DNA of 64,000 nt. It comes from Bacteroidales bacterium (GTDB taxonomy: Bacteria > Bacteroidota > Bacteroidia > Bacteroidales > UBA932). Shown here one piece after another: positions 46,041 to 55,314 of this stretch. The stretch is taken from contig JAFXNQ010000034.1 of the NCBI GenBank assembly GCA_017529425.1, positions 15,112 through 79,111 of the forward strand, given 5' to 3'. The position numbers and the translations under genes were made by a program. Within the stretch, counting starts at the first letter, position 1; the number at the start of each line of letters is the position of its first letter. Under the pieces are notes generated by a model. The model did not search any database, had not been told where the DNA came from, and was given only the letters and a program-made list of their open reading frames with translations.

Positions 46041-46051
46041 CAAAAGCTTAT

Positions 46052-46124
46052 GGGGCACTAGCTCAGTTGGCAGAGCGTTTGAATGGCATTCAAAAGGTCA
46101 GGAGTTCGATTCTCCTGTGCTCCA
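46052..46124 (+). tRNA. tRNA-Ala (anticodon GGC)
   Basis: GGGGCACTAGCTCAGTTGGCAGAGCGTTTGAATGGCATTCAAAAGGTCAGGAGTTCGATTCTCCTGTGCTCCA. G3:U70 identity pair. Anticodon loop is ATGGCAT. No encoded CCA. Confidence 0.9.
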
Positions 46125-46173
46125 CAAAAGCGAGTTTTGTTCAAAAACTTGTTGATAATTTGGAAAATAGTTG

Positions 46174-46181
46174 TATCTTTG
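46174..46181 (+). promoter_or_regulatory. Candidate -7 box (TAtcTTTG) directly upstream of rplC
   Basis: TATCTTTG lies about 60 nt upstream of the rplC ATG. Confidence 0.45.
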
Positions 46182-46241
46182 CAGCCCGCTAAAAAATGCG
46201 GAAATTTTTACAACTAATTTATTTACACCAAATTATCTACA

Positions 46242-46862
46242 ATGCCTGGATTAATTGGAAAGAAAGTCGGAATGACTTCCATGTTCGATGCAAACGGTAT
46301 GAATGTACCTTGCACCGTAATTGAGGCTGGTCCGTGTGTTGTTACGCAAATTCGTACGGTAGAAAAAGATGGTTATGCCGCCGTACAGCTTGCCTATGAC
46401 GAAATTTCAGAGAAACACGCCAGCAAGGCTCTTAAGGGCCACTTTGATAAGGCAGGAACCACTCCCAAGCGCAAATTGGTGGAATTCAAGTCGTTTGACA
46501 TTGATTCCCTCAAATTGGGAGACACCATCACCGTCGCAGATCTCGAATCTGTAGAATGGGTCGACATTACCGGTACCTCTAAGGGTAGAGGTTTCCAGGG
46601 CGTAGTTAAGCGCCACGGATTCGCCGGTGTTGGCGGACAGACTCACGGTCAGCACAACAGACTTCGCAAACCCGGTTCCCTGGGTGCATCGTCCTGGCCT
46701 AGCCGTGTCTTCCCCGGTATGAGAATGGGTGGTCACATGGGATGCGACCGCGTCAAGGTTCTCAACCTTCAGGTTGTCAAAGTTATACCTGAAAACAATC
46801 TCATCGTAGTTAAAGGCTCTGTTCCCGGGGCCAAGGGTTCTTATGTAACATTGGAGGCTTAA
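46242..46862 (+). CDS. rplC: 50S ribosomal protein L3
   Basis: [16 protein letters not shown]... is a canonical L3 N-terminus. 206 aa. Confidence 0.95.
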   Translation: MPGLIGKKVGMTSMFDANGMNVPCTVIEAGPCVVTQIRTVEKDGYAAVQLAYDEISEKHASKALKGHFDKAGTTPKRKLVEFKSFDIDSLKLGDTITVADLESVEWVDITGTSKGRGFQGVVKRHGFAGVGGQTHGQHNRLRKPGSLGASSWPSRVFPGMRMGGHMGCDRVKVLNLQVVKVIPENNLIVVKGSVPGAKGSYVTLEA

Positions 46863-46866
46863 CGTT

Positions 46867-47493
46867 ATGAAACTGGCAGTTTACAAAATCGACGGCACCG
46901 CTTCCGGTAAGGAAGCCGTTCTCGATGACGCTATCTTCGCCATCGAGCCCAACGACCATGCTATTTATCTTGACGTGAAGCAATACCTTGCAAACCAGCG
47001 TCAGGGAACTCACAAGAGCAAAGATCGCAGCGAAATCGCTCACAGTACCAAAAAGATGGGTCGCCAGAAAGGCGGCGGCGGTGCACGCCACGGTTCCATC
47101 AAAGCTGGTATCTATGTAGGTGGCGGCCGTATTTTCGGTCCCCAGCCCCGCGACTACCGCTTCAAACTCAACAAGAAGCTCAAACAGCTTGCCCGCAACT
47201 CAGCCTTCACTTACAAGGCACAGGAAGAGGCTATCACTATGGTTGAGCCCTTTGCAATGGACGCCCCCAAGACCAAGGATTTCATCAAGATCCTCGACGC
47301 GCTCAAAGCTAACGGCCGCAAGACTCTGGTTGTCCTCCCCGAAAATTCCAACAATGTTTACTTATCGTCTCGCAACCTTCCTGAGGTGAAAGTCATCACC
47401 GTTGACGAAATCAACACCTACGCCATAATGAATGCAAATCATCTGGTAATGGTGGACGGCGTCCAGGATATCCTTGCCGAAAGACAAAAATAA
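46867..47493 (+). CDS. rplD: 50S ribosomal protein L4
   Basis: 208 aa. KQYLANQRQGTHKSKDRSEI...GGGARHG pattern. Correct operon position. Confidence 0.95.
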   Translation: MKLAVYKIDGTASGKEAVLDDAIFAIEPNDHAIYLDVKQYLANQRQGTHKSKDRSEIAHSTKKMGRQKGGGGARHGSIKAGIYVGGGRIFGPQPRDYRFKLNKKLKQLARNSAFTYKAQEEAITMVEPFAMDAPKTKDFIKILDALKANGRKTLVVLPENSNNVYLSSRNLPEVKVITVDEINTYAIMNANHLVMVDGVQDILAERQK

Positions 47494-47502
47494 TCTAAAG
47501 CA

Positions 47503-47793
47503 ATGGGAATACTGATTAAGCCAATCGTAACCGAAAAAATGACGGCTCAAGGCGATAAGTTGAACCGTTACGGTTTTATTGTTGACCGCAATGCCAATAA
47601 GATTGAAATCAAGCAGGCGGTCGAGCAGACTTACAATGTTTCGGTCGTTAAAGTTAACACCGCAAACTACCACGGCAAGAAGAAAAGCCGCTACACCAAA
47701 GCTGGTATGCTGAACGGTCGCACCAATCACTTTAAGAAAGCTTATGTGACCCTGGCTGCTGACGACAAGATTGATTTCTACAGTAACATCTAA
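47503..47793 (+). CDS. rplW: 50S ribosomal protein L23
   Basis: 96 aa. [10 protein letters not shown]...[17 protein letters not shown]. Confidence 0.95.
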   Translation: MGILIKPIVTEKMTAQGDKLNRYGFIVDRNANKIEIKQAVEQTYNVSVVKVNTANYHGKKKSRYTKAGMLNGRTNHFKKAYVTLAADDKIDFYSNI

Positions 47794-47807
47794 AGATCCG
47801 GAAGATT

Positions 47808-48632
47808 ATGGCAGTACGTAAATTCAAACCGGCAACCCCGGGTCAAAGAAACAAGGTGATCAGCACCTACGAAGAAATCACCTGCACAACTCCCGAAAAG
47901 TCCCTGCTGAAACCCCTGCGCAAGTCTGGCGGCCGTAACAACCAGGGTAAGATGACCATGCGCTATATCGGCGGCGGCCACAAACAGATGTACCGCGTCA
48001 TCGACTTTTTGCGTGATAAAGACAAATACACAGCTACCGTTAAAACCATCGAGTACGACCCCAACCGCACTGCCCGCATTGCGCTGGTAGTTTACGAAGA
48101 TGGTGAAAAACGTTATATCATCGCTCCTAACGGCATCAAAGTCGGACAGAAGATCGCTTCCGGCAGCGGTGTCGCCCCTGAAATTGGTAACACTCTTCCT
48201 TTGGCAGAAATTCCTCTCGGAACTTTGGTACACTGCATTGAGCTCCGTCCCGGCCAGGGCGCCACTATGGCTCGTTCCGCCGGCACCTACGCTCAGCTTA
48301 CCGCACGCGAAGGCAACCACGCTATCCTCCGTCTCCCTTCAGGTGAGACCCGTATGGTATTGGTAACCTGCCGCGCAACCGTAGGCACCGTGTCCAACAC
48401 CGATCACAACCTGGAGTCTCACGGAAAGGCAGGCCGCGTTCGCTGGCTGGGTCGCAGACCTCGCAACCGCGGTGTCGTTATGAACCCTGTAGATCACCCG
48501 ATGGGTGGTGGTGAAGGCCGTGCATCCGGCGGTCACCCTCGTTCTCGCAAGGGTCTCATCGCCAAGGGTTACAAGACCCGTAATCCTAAGAAGAACTCCA
48601 ACAAGTTCATCATCGAAAGAAAGAAGAAATAA
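47808..48632 (+). CDS. rplB: 50S ribosomal protein L2
   Basis: 274 aa. [14 protein letters not shown]..., [23 protein letters not shown]. Confidence 0.95.
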   Translation: MAVRKFKPATPGQRNKVISTYEEITCTTPEKSLLKPLRKSGGRNNQGKMTMRYIGGGHKQMYRVIDFLRDKDKYTATVKTIEYDPNRTARIALVVYEDGEKRYIIAPNGIKVGQKIASGSGVAPEIGNTLPLAEIPLGTLVHCIELRPGQGATMARSAGTYAQLTAREGNHAILRLPSGETRMVLVTCRATVGTVSNTDHNLESHGKAGRVRWLGRRPRNRGVVMNPVDHPMGGGEGRASGGHPRSRKGLIAKGYKTRNPKKNSNKFIIERKKK

Positions 48633-48656
48633 TAACGGAATAAATCTTAGGAAATT

Positions 48657-48923
48657 ATGAGTCGTTCACTTAGAAAAGGTCCGTACATTCAGGAAGCTCT
48701 TGAGAAGAGAGTCATCGCCATGAATGAAGGGACAATGAAAAAAGAAGTAATCAAGACCTGGTCACGCTCCAGCATGATTTCTCCCGACTTCGTGGGCCAC
48801 ACTATCGCAGTGCACAACGGTAACAAGTTTATTCCGGTGTACGTCACTGAGAACATGGTTGGTCACAAACTCGGTGAGTTTGCTCCGACGCGTACATTCA
48901 GGGGTCACAGTGGTAATCGTTAA
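48657..48923 (+). CDS. rpsS: 30S ribosomal protein S19
   Basis: [10 protein letters not shown]..., [27 protein letters not shown]. Confidence 0.95.
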   Translation: MSRSLRKGPYIQEALEKRVIAMNEGTMKKEVIKTWSRSSMISPDFVGHTIAVHNGNKFIPVYVTENMVGHKLGEFAPTRTFRGHSGNR

Positions 48924-48935
48924 TAAATAATTACT

Positions 48936-49358
48936 ATGGGAGCTCGAAAAAGAGAAATGGCCGAAAGGCTTAAAGAAATAAAGAGTCGTACAGCTATCGC
49001 AAAGCTGAACGATGTTCCCACCTCGCCCCGCAAGATGCGTCTCGTTGCAGACATCATTCGCGGTCAGGAGGTCAATCACGCTTTGGATATCCTCAGATAT
49101 TCAAAGAAGGAGCCCGCAACAAGGCTCAGCAAGCTCGTACGCAGCGCTATCGCCAACTGGGAAGCCAAGAACGAAGAGAGCCGCAAAGAGCTTGAGAATG
49201 GCAATGTTTACATCCAGACTATCATGGTTGATGAAGGTCGCACTTTGAAGCGCATCCGTCCCTGCCCTCAGGGCCGTGCCGGTCGCATCCGCGAGCGCAG
49301 CAACCACGTCACCATCGTTCTTTCAGTCAAGAATCAAACCGTAAAGGAGGAGGCATAA
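48936..49358 (+). CDS. rplV: 50S ribosomal protein L22
   Basis: 140 aa. [24 protein letters not shown]. Confidence 0.95.
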   Translation: MGARKREMAERLKEIKSRTAIAKLNDVPTSPRKMRLVADIIRGQEVNHALDILRYSKKEPATRLSKLVRSAIANWEAKNEESRKELENGNVYIQTIMVDEGRTLKRIRPCPQGRAGRIRERSNHVTIVLSVKNQTVKEEA

Positions 49359-49359
49359 T

Positions 49360-50115
49360 ATGGGACAGAAAACTAATCCTATCAGCAACCGTATAGGTAT
49401 CACCCGTGGTTGGGACTCCAACTGGTGCGGTAACTACCCCGAGCGTCTCAAAGACGATGCTCAGATCCGTGAATACCTCAACGCCCGTCTGCAGAAGGCT
49501 TCTGTAAGCCGCATCGTTATCGAGCGTACAATGAAGGTGATCACCATCTCCATCCACACTGCCCGTCCCGGCATCATCGTCGGCAAGAACGGTGCGGAGC
49601 TCGAGAACCTCAAGGGTGAGGTTAAGAAGATTTGCGGAAAGGACGTACAGATCAACATCTACGAGGTTAAGCGTCCCGAGGCTGACGCCAACATCGTTGC
49701 CAACAACATCGCACGCCAGATCGAGGGCCGCGTATCCTATCGCCGCGCCATCAAGATGGCAGTCGCTTCTACCATGCGTTCCGGCGCTGAGGGTATCAAG
49801 ATCCTCATCAGCGGCCGCGTAGGTGGTGCCGAGATGGCCCGCAACGAACTCTACAAGGAGGGTCGTACCCCTCTGCACACTTTCCGTGCAGACATCGACT
49901 ACGCACTTGCAGAGGCTCACACCAAGGTTGGTGTCCTCGGTATCAAGGTTTGGATTTGCAACGGTGAGGTCTATGGCAAACGTGACCTCAACCCCAACGC
50001 AGGCGTAGCAGCTGCTACCAACGCAGGTGAGCGCCGTGAACGTCGCGGTGGCCGTGACGACCGTCGTGGCGAGCGCCGCGGTGGCGAACGTCGCCCCCGT
50101 CGTGATGCCCAGTAA
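49360..50115 (+). CDS. rpsC: 30S ribosomal protein S3 (with Arg/Gly/Glu-rich C-terminal tail)
   Basis: [14 protein letters not shown]..., KH domain. Tail is [28 protein letters not shown]. Confidence 0.95.
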   Translation: MGQKTNPISNRIGITRGWDSNWCGNYPERLKDDAQIREYLNARLQKASVSRIVIERTMKVITISIHTARPGIIVGKNGAELENLKGEVKKICGKDVQINIYEVKRPEADANIVANNIARQIEGRVSYRRAIKMAVASTMRSGAEGIKILISGRVGGAEMARNELYKEGRTPLHTFRADIDYALAEAHTKVGVLGIKVWICNGEVYGKRDLNPNAGVAAATNAGERRERRGGRDDRRGERRGGERRPRRDAQ

Positions 50116-50138
50116 TTATCCAAGCGTTAAATAGCAAT

Positions 50139-50170
50139 AAAGCCGGCCCGCAAGGTCGGCTTTATTGTTT
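50139..50170 (+). terminator. Rho-independent terminator immediately after rpsC
   Basis: AAAGCCGGCC-cgcaa-GGTCGGCTTT hairpin (one G:U pair) followed by a T-rich tract. Confidence 0.6.
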
Positions 50171-50196
50171 ATTATCGTTTATTAACATTCGGACAC

Positions 50197-50229
50197 AAAA
50201 AAACCGGCCTAAAAATGGTCGGATTTTTT
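50197..50229 (-). terminator. Rho-independent (bidirectional) terminator after secG
   Basis: AAAAAAACCGGCC-taaaaat-GGTCGGATTTTTT. On the minus strand the stem is followed by a T7 run. Confidence 0.6.
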
Positions 50230-50247
50230 GCGGTAATAAAGATTCGC

Positions 50248-50625
50248 TTATTCTGCGGGGGTTTCTGCGGGAGCCTCAGCTGCGCCCTCTTCTGCAGGAA
50301 CAGCCATGGTGTTGGCGGGGAACTCGGGCTCACCCTCTGCAGGAGCTGCCTGCTGAATCTGATTCTCGATGCTGCTTGCCGAGCCACTGGAGGGCTTGGG
50401 GGTGAAGAAAGTTGCCACAACGCAGAGAACCAGCACGACAGCGGCCAGAACCCATGTGGTCTTCTCCAGGAAATCCGCGGTCTGACGAACACCGAAGGTG
50501 GTGTTGCCGGCAGCAAAGTTGGCTGCCAGTCCGCCGCCCTTGGAATTCTGTACAAGCACGATAAGTGTCAGAAGCACGCTGGCTACCACGATAATTACCG
50601 AAAGTGTGATATAAATAGCTTGCAT
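50248..50625 (-). CDS. secG: Preprotein translocase subunit SecG (with Pro/Ala/Glu-rich C-terminal extension)
   Basis: Two TM segments with LVQNSKGGGLAANFAAGNTTFGVRQTADFLEKTTW between them, the SecG signature loop. Confidence 0.8.
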   Translation of the reverse strand: MQAIYITLSVIIVVASVLLTLIVLVQNSKGGGLAANFAAGNTTFGVRQTADFLEKTTWVLAAVVLVLCVVATFFTPKPSSGSASSIENQIQQAAPAEGEPEFPANTMAVPAEEGAAEAPAETPAE

Positions 50626-50708
50626 ATTATTGAATATTATTTGTTTCTGCTCTATTTAGGGGGTGCAAAGTAAGTACTTTTTTTGCGATATAACAAATTT
50701 ATAATACT

Positions 50709-51218
50709 CTACCATTGTGCCACCGAGGCATTGAAGATATCCTCCACAAGGGTTTCTATAATCTCGTCGCACAGTGAGGCCTCCACCTCATCCAGCGACA
50801 GGTCTGCGTCATAATCCTGATATGCGGCAAACGACTTCTTCTCAAAACTCTCTTCCGGGTGCTTGAAGTTCTCAAAGGTCGCCTTGCATGTCACCGTGAG
50901 GCGGTTCTGGGCCGCTGTCTCATCTTTAGATATGCCCTGTGCCTTTACATCATAAGACTCTACCGTTACAACAAGCAGCAGATCGCCGTCCATCTCCACC
51001 TGCTCCAGGCTGGTGAGCTTTTTGAACTTGTCTTTCATGGCCTCGGTGAGATCGTTGGCCAGCGCGGGATTCACCTTCATCGCTTTGTTCTCCACCGGCT
51101 CTATGGTGATGGTATGCACGTCGGGACGGATGGATGTACCCGAGAACGAGTAAATGCCGCACCCGCCGGCACAATAGGCCACAGCCAGCAACATAAAGGC
51201 TTTCAAATATCTTGTCAT
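50709..51218 (-). CDS. LptE-like LPS-assembly lipoprotein
   Basis: Lipobox AGGCGIYSFSG. 169 aa. Lies between the sigma-54 activator and secG, as recalled for Bacteroidetes LptE-family genes. 4-nt overlap with the upstream gene. Confidence 0.45.
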   Translation of the reverse strand: MTRYLKAFMLLAVAYCAGGCGIYSFSGTSIRPDVHTITIEPVENKAMKVNPALANDLTEAMKDKFKKLTSLEQVEMDGDLLLVVTVESYDVKAQGISKDETAAQNRLTVTCKATFENFKHPEESFEKKSFAAYQDYDADLSLDEVEASLCDEIIETLVEDIFNASVAQW

Positions 51219-52435
51219 AACCCTAATTCTTTGATTTTACGGTATAGCGTACGCTCTGATATACCCAGTTCGGCCGCAGCCTCCTTGCGGTTGCCACGAT
51301 GCTTCTCCAGGGCCTTCACAATCAGTTCCGACTTCTTGTCGTTTATAGAAAGGTTCTGATCTGCATCTTGCTCCACCGGAGCTTCGGGCTCGTGATAAAC
51401 CTCCTGCACCGGATGCTCCTCCACCCCGACCTGCTCGTATGGATGCACCTCTGACGCTTCGCTGCTCTCCACGATTATGTTAGAGTGCTGCGGTATGAAT
51501 TTCCCGCCGGAGGGAGCCTGCCCCTGGGAGTCAAGGCGGGCCTTGAGATTCTCGATATCCTGCTTGAGCTGCATTATCATCTTGAAGATGATGTCGCGGT
51601 CGCTCATATAATCGGCAGCGGCACTACCAGCCAGGGCGGGGAGGGAAATGTTGAGGTCGTTCTGCAGGTATTTCTCCAGGGTCCGGCTGTCAATTATGCG
51701 CTCAGTCTCCATTACGGATATGCGCTCCGCCACGCTCTTCAGCTCCCTCACATTGCCGGGCCAGCCGTAATGCTCCAGCTTTTCCACGGCATCCGGGGTA
51801 AGCCGGATGGCGGGCATCATATATTTGTTTGCAAAATCCAGGGCAAACTTGCGGAACAATTTGTGGATATCCTCCTTGCGGTCACGCAGGGCAGGCATAC
51901 GGATAGGGACTGTGTTCAGGCGGAAGTAGAGGTCCTCGCGGAACCGGCCCGATTCGATGGCGCGTCGCAGGTCAATATTTGTGGCGGCCACCACCCTGAC
52001 ATTGGTCTTTTGTATCTTGGATGACCCGACCTTCATGAACTCGCCCGTCTGGAGCACGCGAAGAAGGCGCACCTGGGTGGAAAGGGGTAACTCAGCCACC
52101 TCATCCAGAAAGAGGGTGCCACCGTCAGCCTCCTCAAAATAACCCTTACGCGTCTCTGAGGCTCCGGTGAAAGAACCCTTTTCGTGCCCGAACAGTTCGG
52201 AATCTATAGTCCCCTCCGGGATTGCACCGCAGTTTATAGAGAGATATACGTTATGCTTGCGGGGGCTGTTATAATGGATTATCTGGGGGATGAACTCCTT
52301 GCCTACGCCGCTCTCTCCGGTGACCAGCACAGAAAGGTCTGTCTTGGCCACTTGCAGGGCAACGCCGATGGCGCTGTCCAATGCGGCAGAATCCCCGATG
52401 ATGCCAAACCGCTGCTTTATGGATTCAAAATTCAT
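51215..52435 (-). CDS. Sigma-54-dependent transcriptional activator (AAA+ plus Fis-type HTH, no receiver/sensor domain)
   Basis: ATG 52435 gives MNFESIKQRFGIIGDS. Walker A is GESGVGKE. GAFTGA-loop variant is GSFTGA. Also ELFGHEKG. C-terminal HTH is NRKEAAAELGISERTLYRKIKELG. Confidence 0.85.
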   Translation of the reverse strand: MNFESIKQRFGIIGDSAALDSAIGVALQVAKTDLSVLVTGESGVGKEFIPQIIHYNSPRKHNVYLSINCGAIPEGTIDSELFGHEKGSFTGASETRKGYFEEADGGTLFLDEVAELPLSTQVRLLRVLQTGEFMKVGSSKIQKTNVRVVAATNIDLRRAIESGRFREDLYFRLNTVPIRMPALRDRKEDIHKLFRKFALDFANKYMMPAIRLTPDAVEKLEHYGWPGNVRELKSVAERISVMETERIIDSRTLEKYLQNDLNISLPALAGSAAADYMSDRDIIFKMIMQLKQDIENLKARLDSQGQAPSGGKFIPQHSNIIVESSEASEVHPYEQVGVEEHPVQEVYHEPEAPVEQDADQNLSINDKKSELIVKALEKHRGNRKEAAAELGISERTLYRKIKELGL

Positions 52436-52533
52436 AACTGCGAATTTACAATTTTTTCGCCACATGTTTTTGATAATTGTTATATTTGCCTCAAATCAGA
52501 AATAAAAACAAAAACTATATCAATTATCTATTT

Positions 52534-54171
52534 ATGAAGAAACTTTTACTTATCGCTTTTGCCTGCCTTGCAGTGATTTCCTGCAACAAGGTTTCTAAGA
52601 TGGCCGACCTCGCCAACCTCGTCAAAGTCGAGTGCAATCCCGAGGTTCTTGAGGTAGTAGCAGATAATATCGACGCTGACGTCACTGTTACCTTCCCTGA
52701 AAAATACTTCCACAAAAATGCCATCCTCGAGGTGGTTCCCGTTATGAAGTTCGACGGACAGGAAGTTGCTGGCGAGCCCTTCGTTTACCAGGGTGAGAAG
52801 GTTATGGACAACTACAAAACCGTGGGTAAAGACGGTGCAAGCATCACCGAGCATGTTAAATTCAAATATGTTCCCGGCATGGAGAAATCCGAGCTCGTAG
52901 GCCGCGCCACTGTAAAGTATAAAAAGAAATCATGGGCTTTCCCCGAGGATATCAAGATTGCAGACGGTGCAAACACCACATACATGCTGGCAAACAAGAA
53001 CGGTTCCTATGCCGCAGCTGCTGATAACTATCAGGATGTTATTCCCGAGGAGGTTGAGGCTCAGATCCTCTATCTCATCAACAGCGCAAACGTACGCTCC
53101 AACCAACTCACTTCCGAGTCCATCAAAGAGTACAAGACCGGCGTCAAGGATGTGATGAAAGACGACCGCCGCACTATCACCGGCACCGACATCATCGCTT
53201 ACGCATCTCCCGATGGTCCCGAGAAGCGTAACAACGTCCTCTCCGACCAGCGTGCCGCTTCTGCACAGAGCGCCTTCAAGCAGGTTTCCAAGAAACTCGA
53301 GACCGGTGGCGTAACTACCCGCAGTATTGGTGAGGACTGGGAAGGTTTCCAGGAGCTGGTCAACAACTCAAACATAGAAGACAAGGACCTCATTCTCCGC
53401 GTCCTCTCCATGTACAGCGATCCCGATGTCCGCGAGCGTGAAATCAAGAATATGTCCAGCGTATACGGCACTCTTGCAAAGGACGTTCTCCCGGAACTCC
53501 GCCGTGCCCGCTTCGTGACCAACGTTGAATTCCAGAACTACACTGCAGAAGAGCTCAAGGCCCTGGTTGAGGACAACATCGACATCCTTGACGAAGAGGC
53601 CCTGCTCCGCAGTGCAACCCTCACCGACGATCAGTCAGCCAAAATGGATATCTACAGCCAGGCTATCAAGAAATACGACAGCGACCGCGCTAAGCTCAAC
53701 TCCGCTTGCATCCTGCTCGATCAGGGCAAAGAGTCACAGGCTGAGGCTATGCTCAAGAAGGTCAGCGACCGCAACATCGAGGGGCTGAACAACCTCCGCG
53801 GCGTGCTTGCACTCCGTAACGGCGACCTCTCTAAGGCTCTCGATTTCTTTGAGAAAGAGACTGGTGATGCCAGCAAGGTCAATCTCGGTACCATGGACAT
53901 CCTCAGCGGTAACTACGCTGCTGCTGCCAAGAAACTCGCAGGTACCGGTGATGTTAACGAGGCTCTTGCATATATCCTCAACGGCGACCTTTCAAAAGCT
54001 TCCAGCCTGCTGAAAGACAAAGATTGCGAACTGGCCGCATACGAGCGCGCTATCATCGCAGCCCGCCAGGGCAAAGCTTCCGTTGCCATGTCAGAACTTG
54101 CTAAAATCAAAAATAACAAAGAACTGAAGCAGCGCGCAGAGAATGATATCGAATTCGCCAAGATCAAATAA
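52534..54171 (+). CDS. Lipoprotein with an OmpA-like segment and C-terminal TPR-like repeats (hypothetical)
   Basis: ATG 52534 gives MKKLLLIAFACLAVISCNK. Central YASPDGPEKRNNVLSDQRAASA resembles the OmpA-C peptidoglycan-binding core. The C-terminal helical repeats are Ala/Leu-rich. Confidence 0.35.
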   Translation: MKKLLLIAFACLAVISCNKVSKMADLANLVKVECNPEVLEVVADNIDADVTVTFPEKYFHKNAILEVVPVMKFDGQEVAGEPFVYQGEKVMDNYKTVGKDGASITEHVKFKYVPGMEKSELVGRATVKYKKKSWAFPEDIKIADGANTTYMLANKNGSYAAAADNYQDVIPEEVEAQILYLINSANVRSNQLTSESIKEYKTGVKDVMKDDRRTITGTDIIAYASPDGPEKRNNVLSDQRAASAQSAFKQVSKKLETGGVTTRSIGEDWEGFQELVNNSNIEDKDLILRVLSMYSDPDVREREIKNMSSVYGTLAKDVLPELRRARFVTNVEFQNYTAEELKALVEDNIDILDEEALLRSATLTDDQSAKMDIYSQAIKKYDSDRAKLNSACILLDQGKESQAEAMLKKVSDRNIEGLNNLRGVLALRNGDLSKALDFFEKETGDASKVNLGTMDILSGNYAAAAKKLAGTGDVNEALAYILNGDLSKASSLLKDKDCELAAYERAIIAARQGKASVAMSELAKIKNNKELKQRAENDIEFAKIK

Positions 54172-54191
54172 AGTTTAGAATTATAAGCAAC

Positions 54192-54224
54192 AAAAAAGGT
54201 CAACTTCGTAAGTTGGCCTTTTTT
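54192..54224 (+). terminator. Rho-independent terminator
   Basis: AAAAAAGGTCAACTT-cgt-AAGTTGGCCTTTTTT, 21 nt after the stop at 54171. Confidence 0.65.
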
Positions 54225-54240
54225 GTTGTCCAGACGTATT

Positions 54241-54265
54241 TGTAACATATTATTTCTTTGTTACA
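54241..54265. promoter_or_regulatory. Candidate operator: perfect inverted repeat TGTAACA-N11-TGTTACA
   Basis: Half-sites are at 54241-54247 and 54259-54265. The right half overlaps a TTTG at the expected -33 position of the metX promoter. Confidence 0.35.
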
Positions 54266-54275
54266 AAAAATACGG

Positions 54276-54283
54276 TACATTTG
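54276..54283 (+). promoter_or_regulatory. Candidate -7 box (TAcaTTTG) for metX-thrA-asd
   Basis: TACATTTG lies 17 nt upstream of ATG 54301. Confidence 0.45.
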
Positions 54284-54300
54284 CGGTTCAATTTGACAGG

Positions 54301-55314
54301 ATGCTGCGTCACACATATACATACGACAAAGTTTTTCAGCTGGAAGCGGGCGGATCGCTGGACTCCCTGACGATTTGTTACCATACCAGCTGCGAAACAC
54401 GTGGTGACCGCCCGGTAATCTGGATATGCCACGCCCTCACCGCCAACTCCAATCCGGAGGAGTGGTGGGACACCCTGGTGGGCAAGGGGCTCCTGTTTGA
54501 TACCGACAAATACTATATCGTATGTGCCAACATAATTGGCAGTTGTTACGGCACCACCGGCCCCACGACGTATGCAAAAGCCCCCTTACGTAACTTCCCG
54601 CTGATAACCATCCGCGACCTGGTGCGGGCACACGACCTGCTTCGCGAGCACCTGGGAATAGACAAGATAGACCTTTTGATTGGCGGCAGCAACGGAGGTT
54701 TCCAATCAGTTGAGTGGGCAGCAAGTTTCCCGGACCGGATAAAGAATTTGTGCCTGATTGCTACCGGCGCAATTGTAAGCCCCTGGTGCACTGCTACTCT
54801 GGAGGCCCAGCGCATGGCCATCAAAGCCGATCCTACATTTGACGCATCCAAAGATGCCAGCGGCGGGGCGGCCGGCCTGGCAGCAGCACGGAGCATGGCC
54901 ATGGTGACATATCGTAACTACGAGGGGTACGGACGCACCCAGGCTGAGACGAATCCCGACTTTCTGATTGCCAACCGCGCCGTTACATATCAGCAGTATC
55001 AGGGGCAAAAGCTCTGCCGCCGTTTTGACGCTTACTCCTATTACTGCCTCACAATGGGGGTAGATACCCACAACGTGGGGCGCAAACGCGGCGGAGTGGA
55101 AAAGGCGCTTGCGCTTATAACCGCAAAGACACTCTGCATCGCAATAGACAGCGATATCTTGTTCCCGATAACCGAGAGCAAGCGCCTGGCAGACGCCATC
55201 CCCAACGCAAGCCTTGAGATAATTTCATCTGATTTCGGGCACGACGGTTTCCTGCTCGAATACGAACAGATTTCTAATTGTATTAATAAACACTTCGATC
55301 TATGCAAGTTTTAA
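54301..55314 (+). CDS. metX: Homoserine O-acetyltransferase
   Basis: ATG 54301 (the ORF track starts at 54223). ICHALTANSNPEEWWDTLVGKG, IVCANIIGSCYGTTGP, nucleophile elbow GGSNGGFQ, C-terminal GHDGFL. Confidence 0.85.
   Translation: MLRHTYTYDKVFQLEAGGSLDSLTICYHTSCETRGDRPVIWICHALTANSNPEEWWDTLVGKGLLFDTDKYYIVCANIIGSCYGTTGPTTYAKAPLRNFPLITIRDLVRAHDLLREHLGIDKIDLLIGGSNGGFQSVEWAASFPDRIKNLCLIATGAIVSPWCTATLEAQRMAIKADPTFDASKDASGGAAGLAAARSMAMVTYRNYEGYGRTQAETNPDFLIANRAVTYQQYQGQKLCRRFDAYSYYCLTMGVDTHNVGRKRGGVEKALALITAKTLCIAIDSDILFPITESKRLADAIPNASLEIISSDFGHDGFLLEYEQISNCINKHFDLCKF

Noticed and set aside
46008-46050. Nested inverted repeats (GCTTTTGC...GCAAAAGC enclosing AAGAAT-T-ATTCTT) between the GH13 gene and tRNA-Ala.
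   Set aside because: They are plausibly just the PUL terminator overlapping the tRNA promoter. The stems are short and AT-rich, so no independent function is proposed.
50020-50115. Arg/Gly/Glu-rich tail of S3, and the Pro/Ala/Glu-rich roughly 50-aa tail of SecG (50248-50400).
   Set aside because: Low-complexity C-terminal extensions of these proteins occur in Bacteroidetes. Without an alignment I cannot say these are exceptional.
51215-52435. Sigma-54 activator lacking any sensor or receiver domain, considered as a novel regulator.
   Set aside because: As far as I recall, the domain-minimal bEBP followed by lptE-like and secG is a conserved Bacteroidetes neighbourhood. Nothing in the sequence is unusual beyond that.
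54225-54300. SAM or other riboswitch upstream of metX.
   Set aside because: The -7 box lies 17 nt from the ATG, so the 5' UTR is too short for a riboswitch. The palindrome is reported as a possible operator instead.
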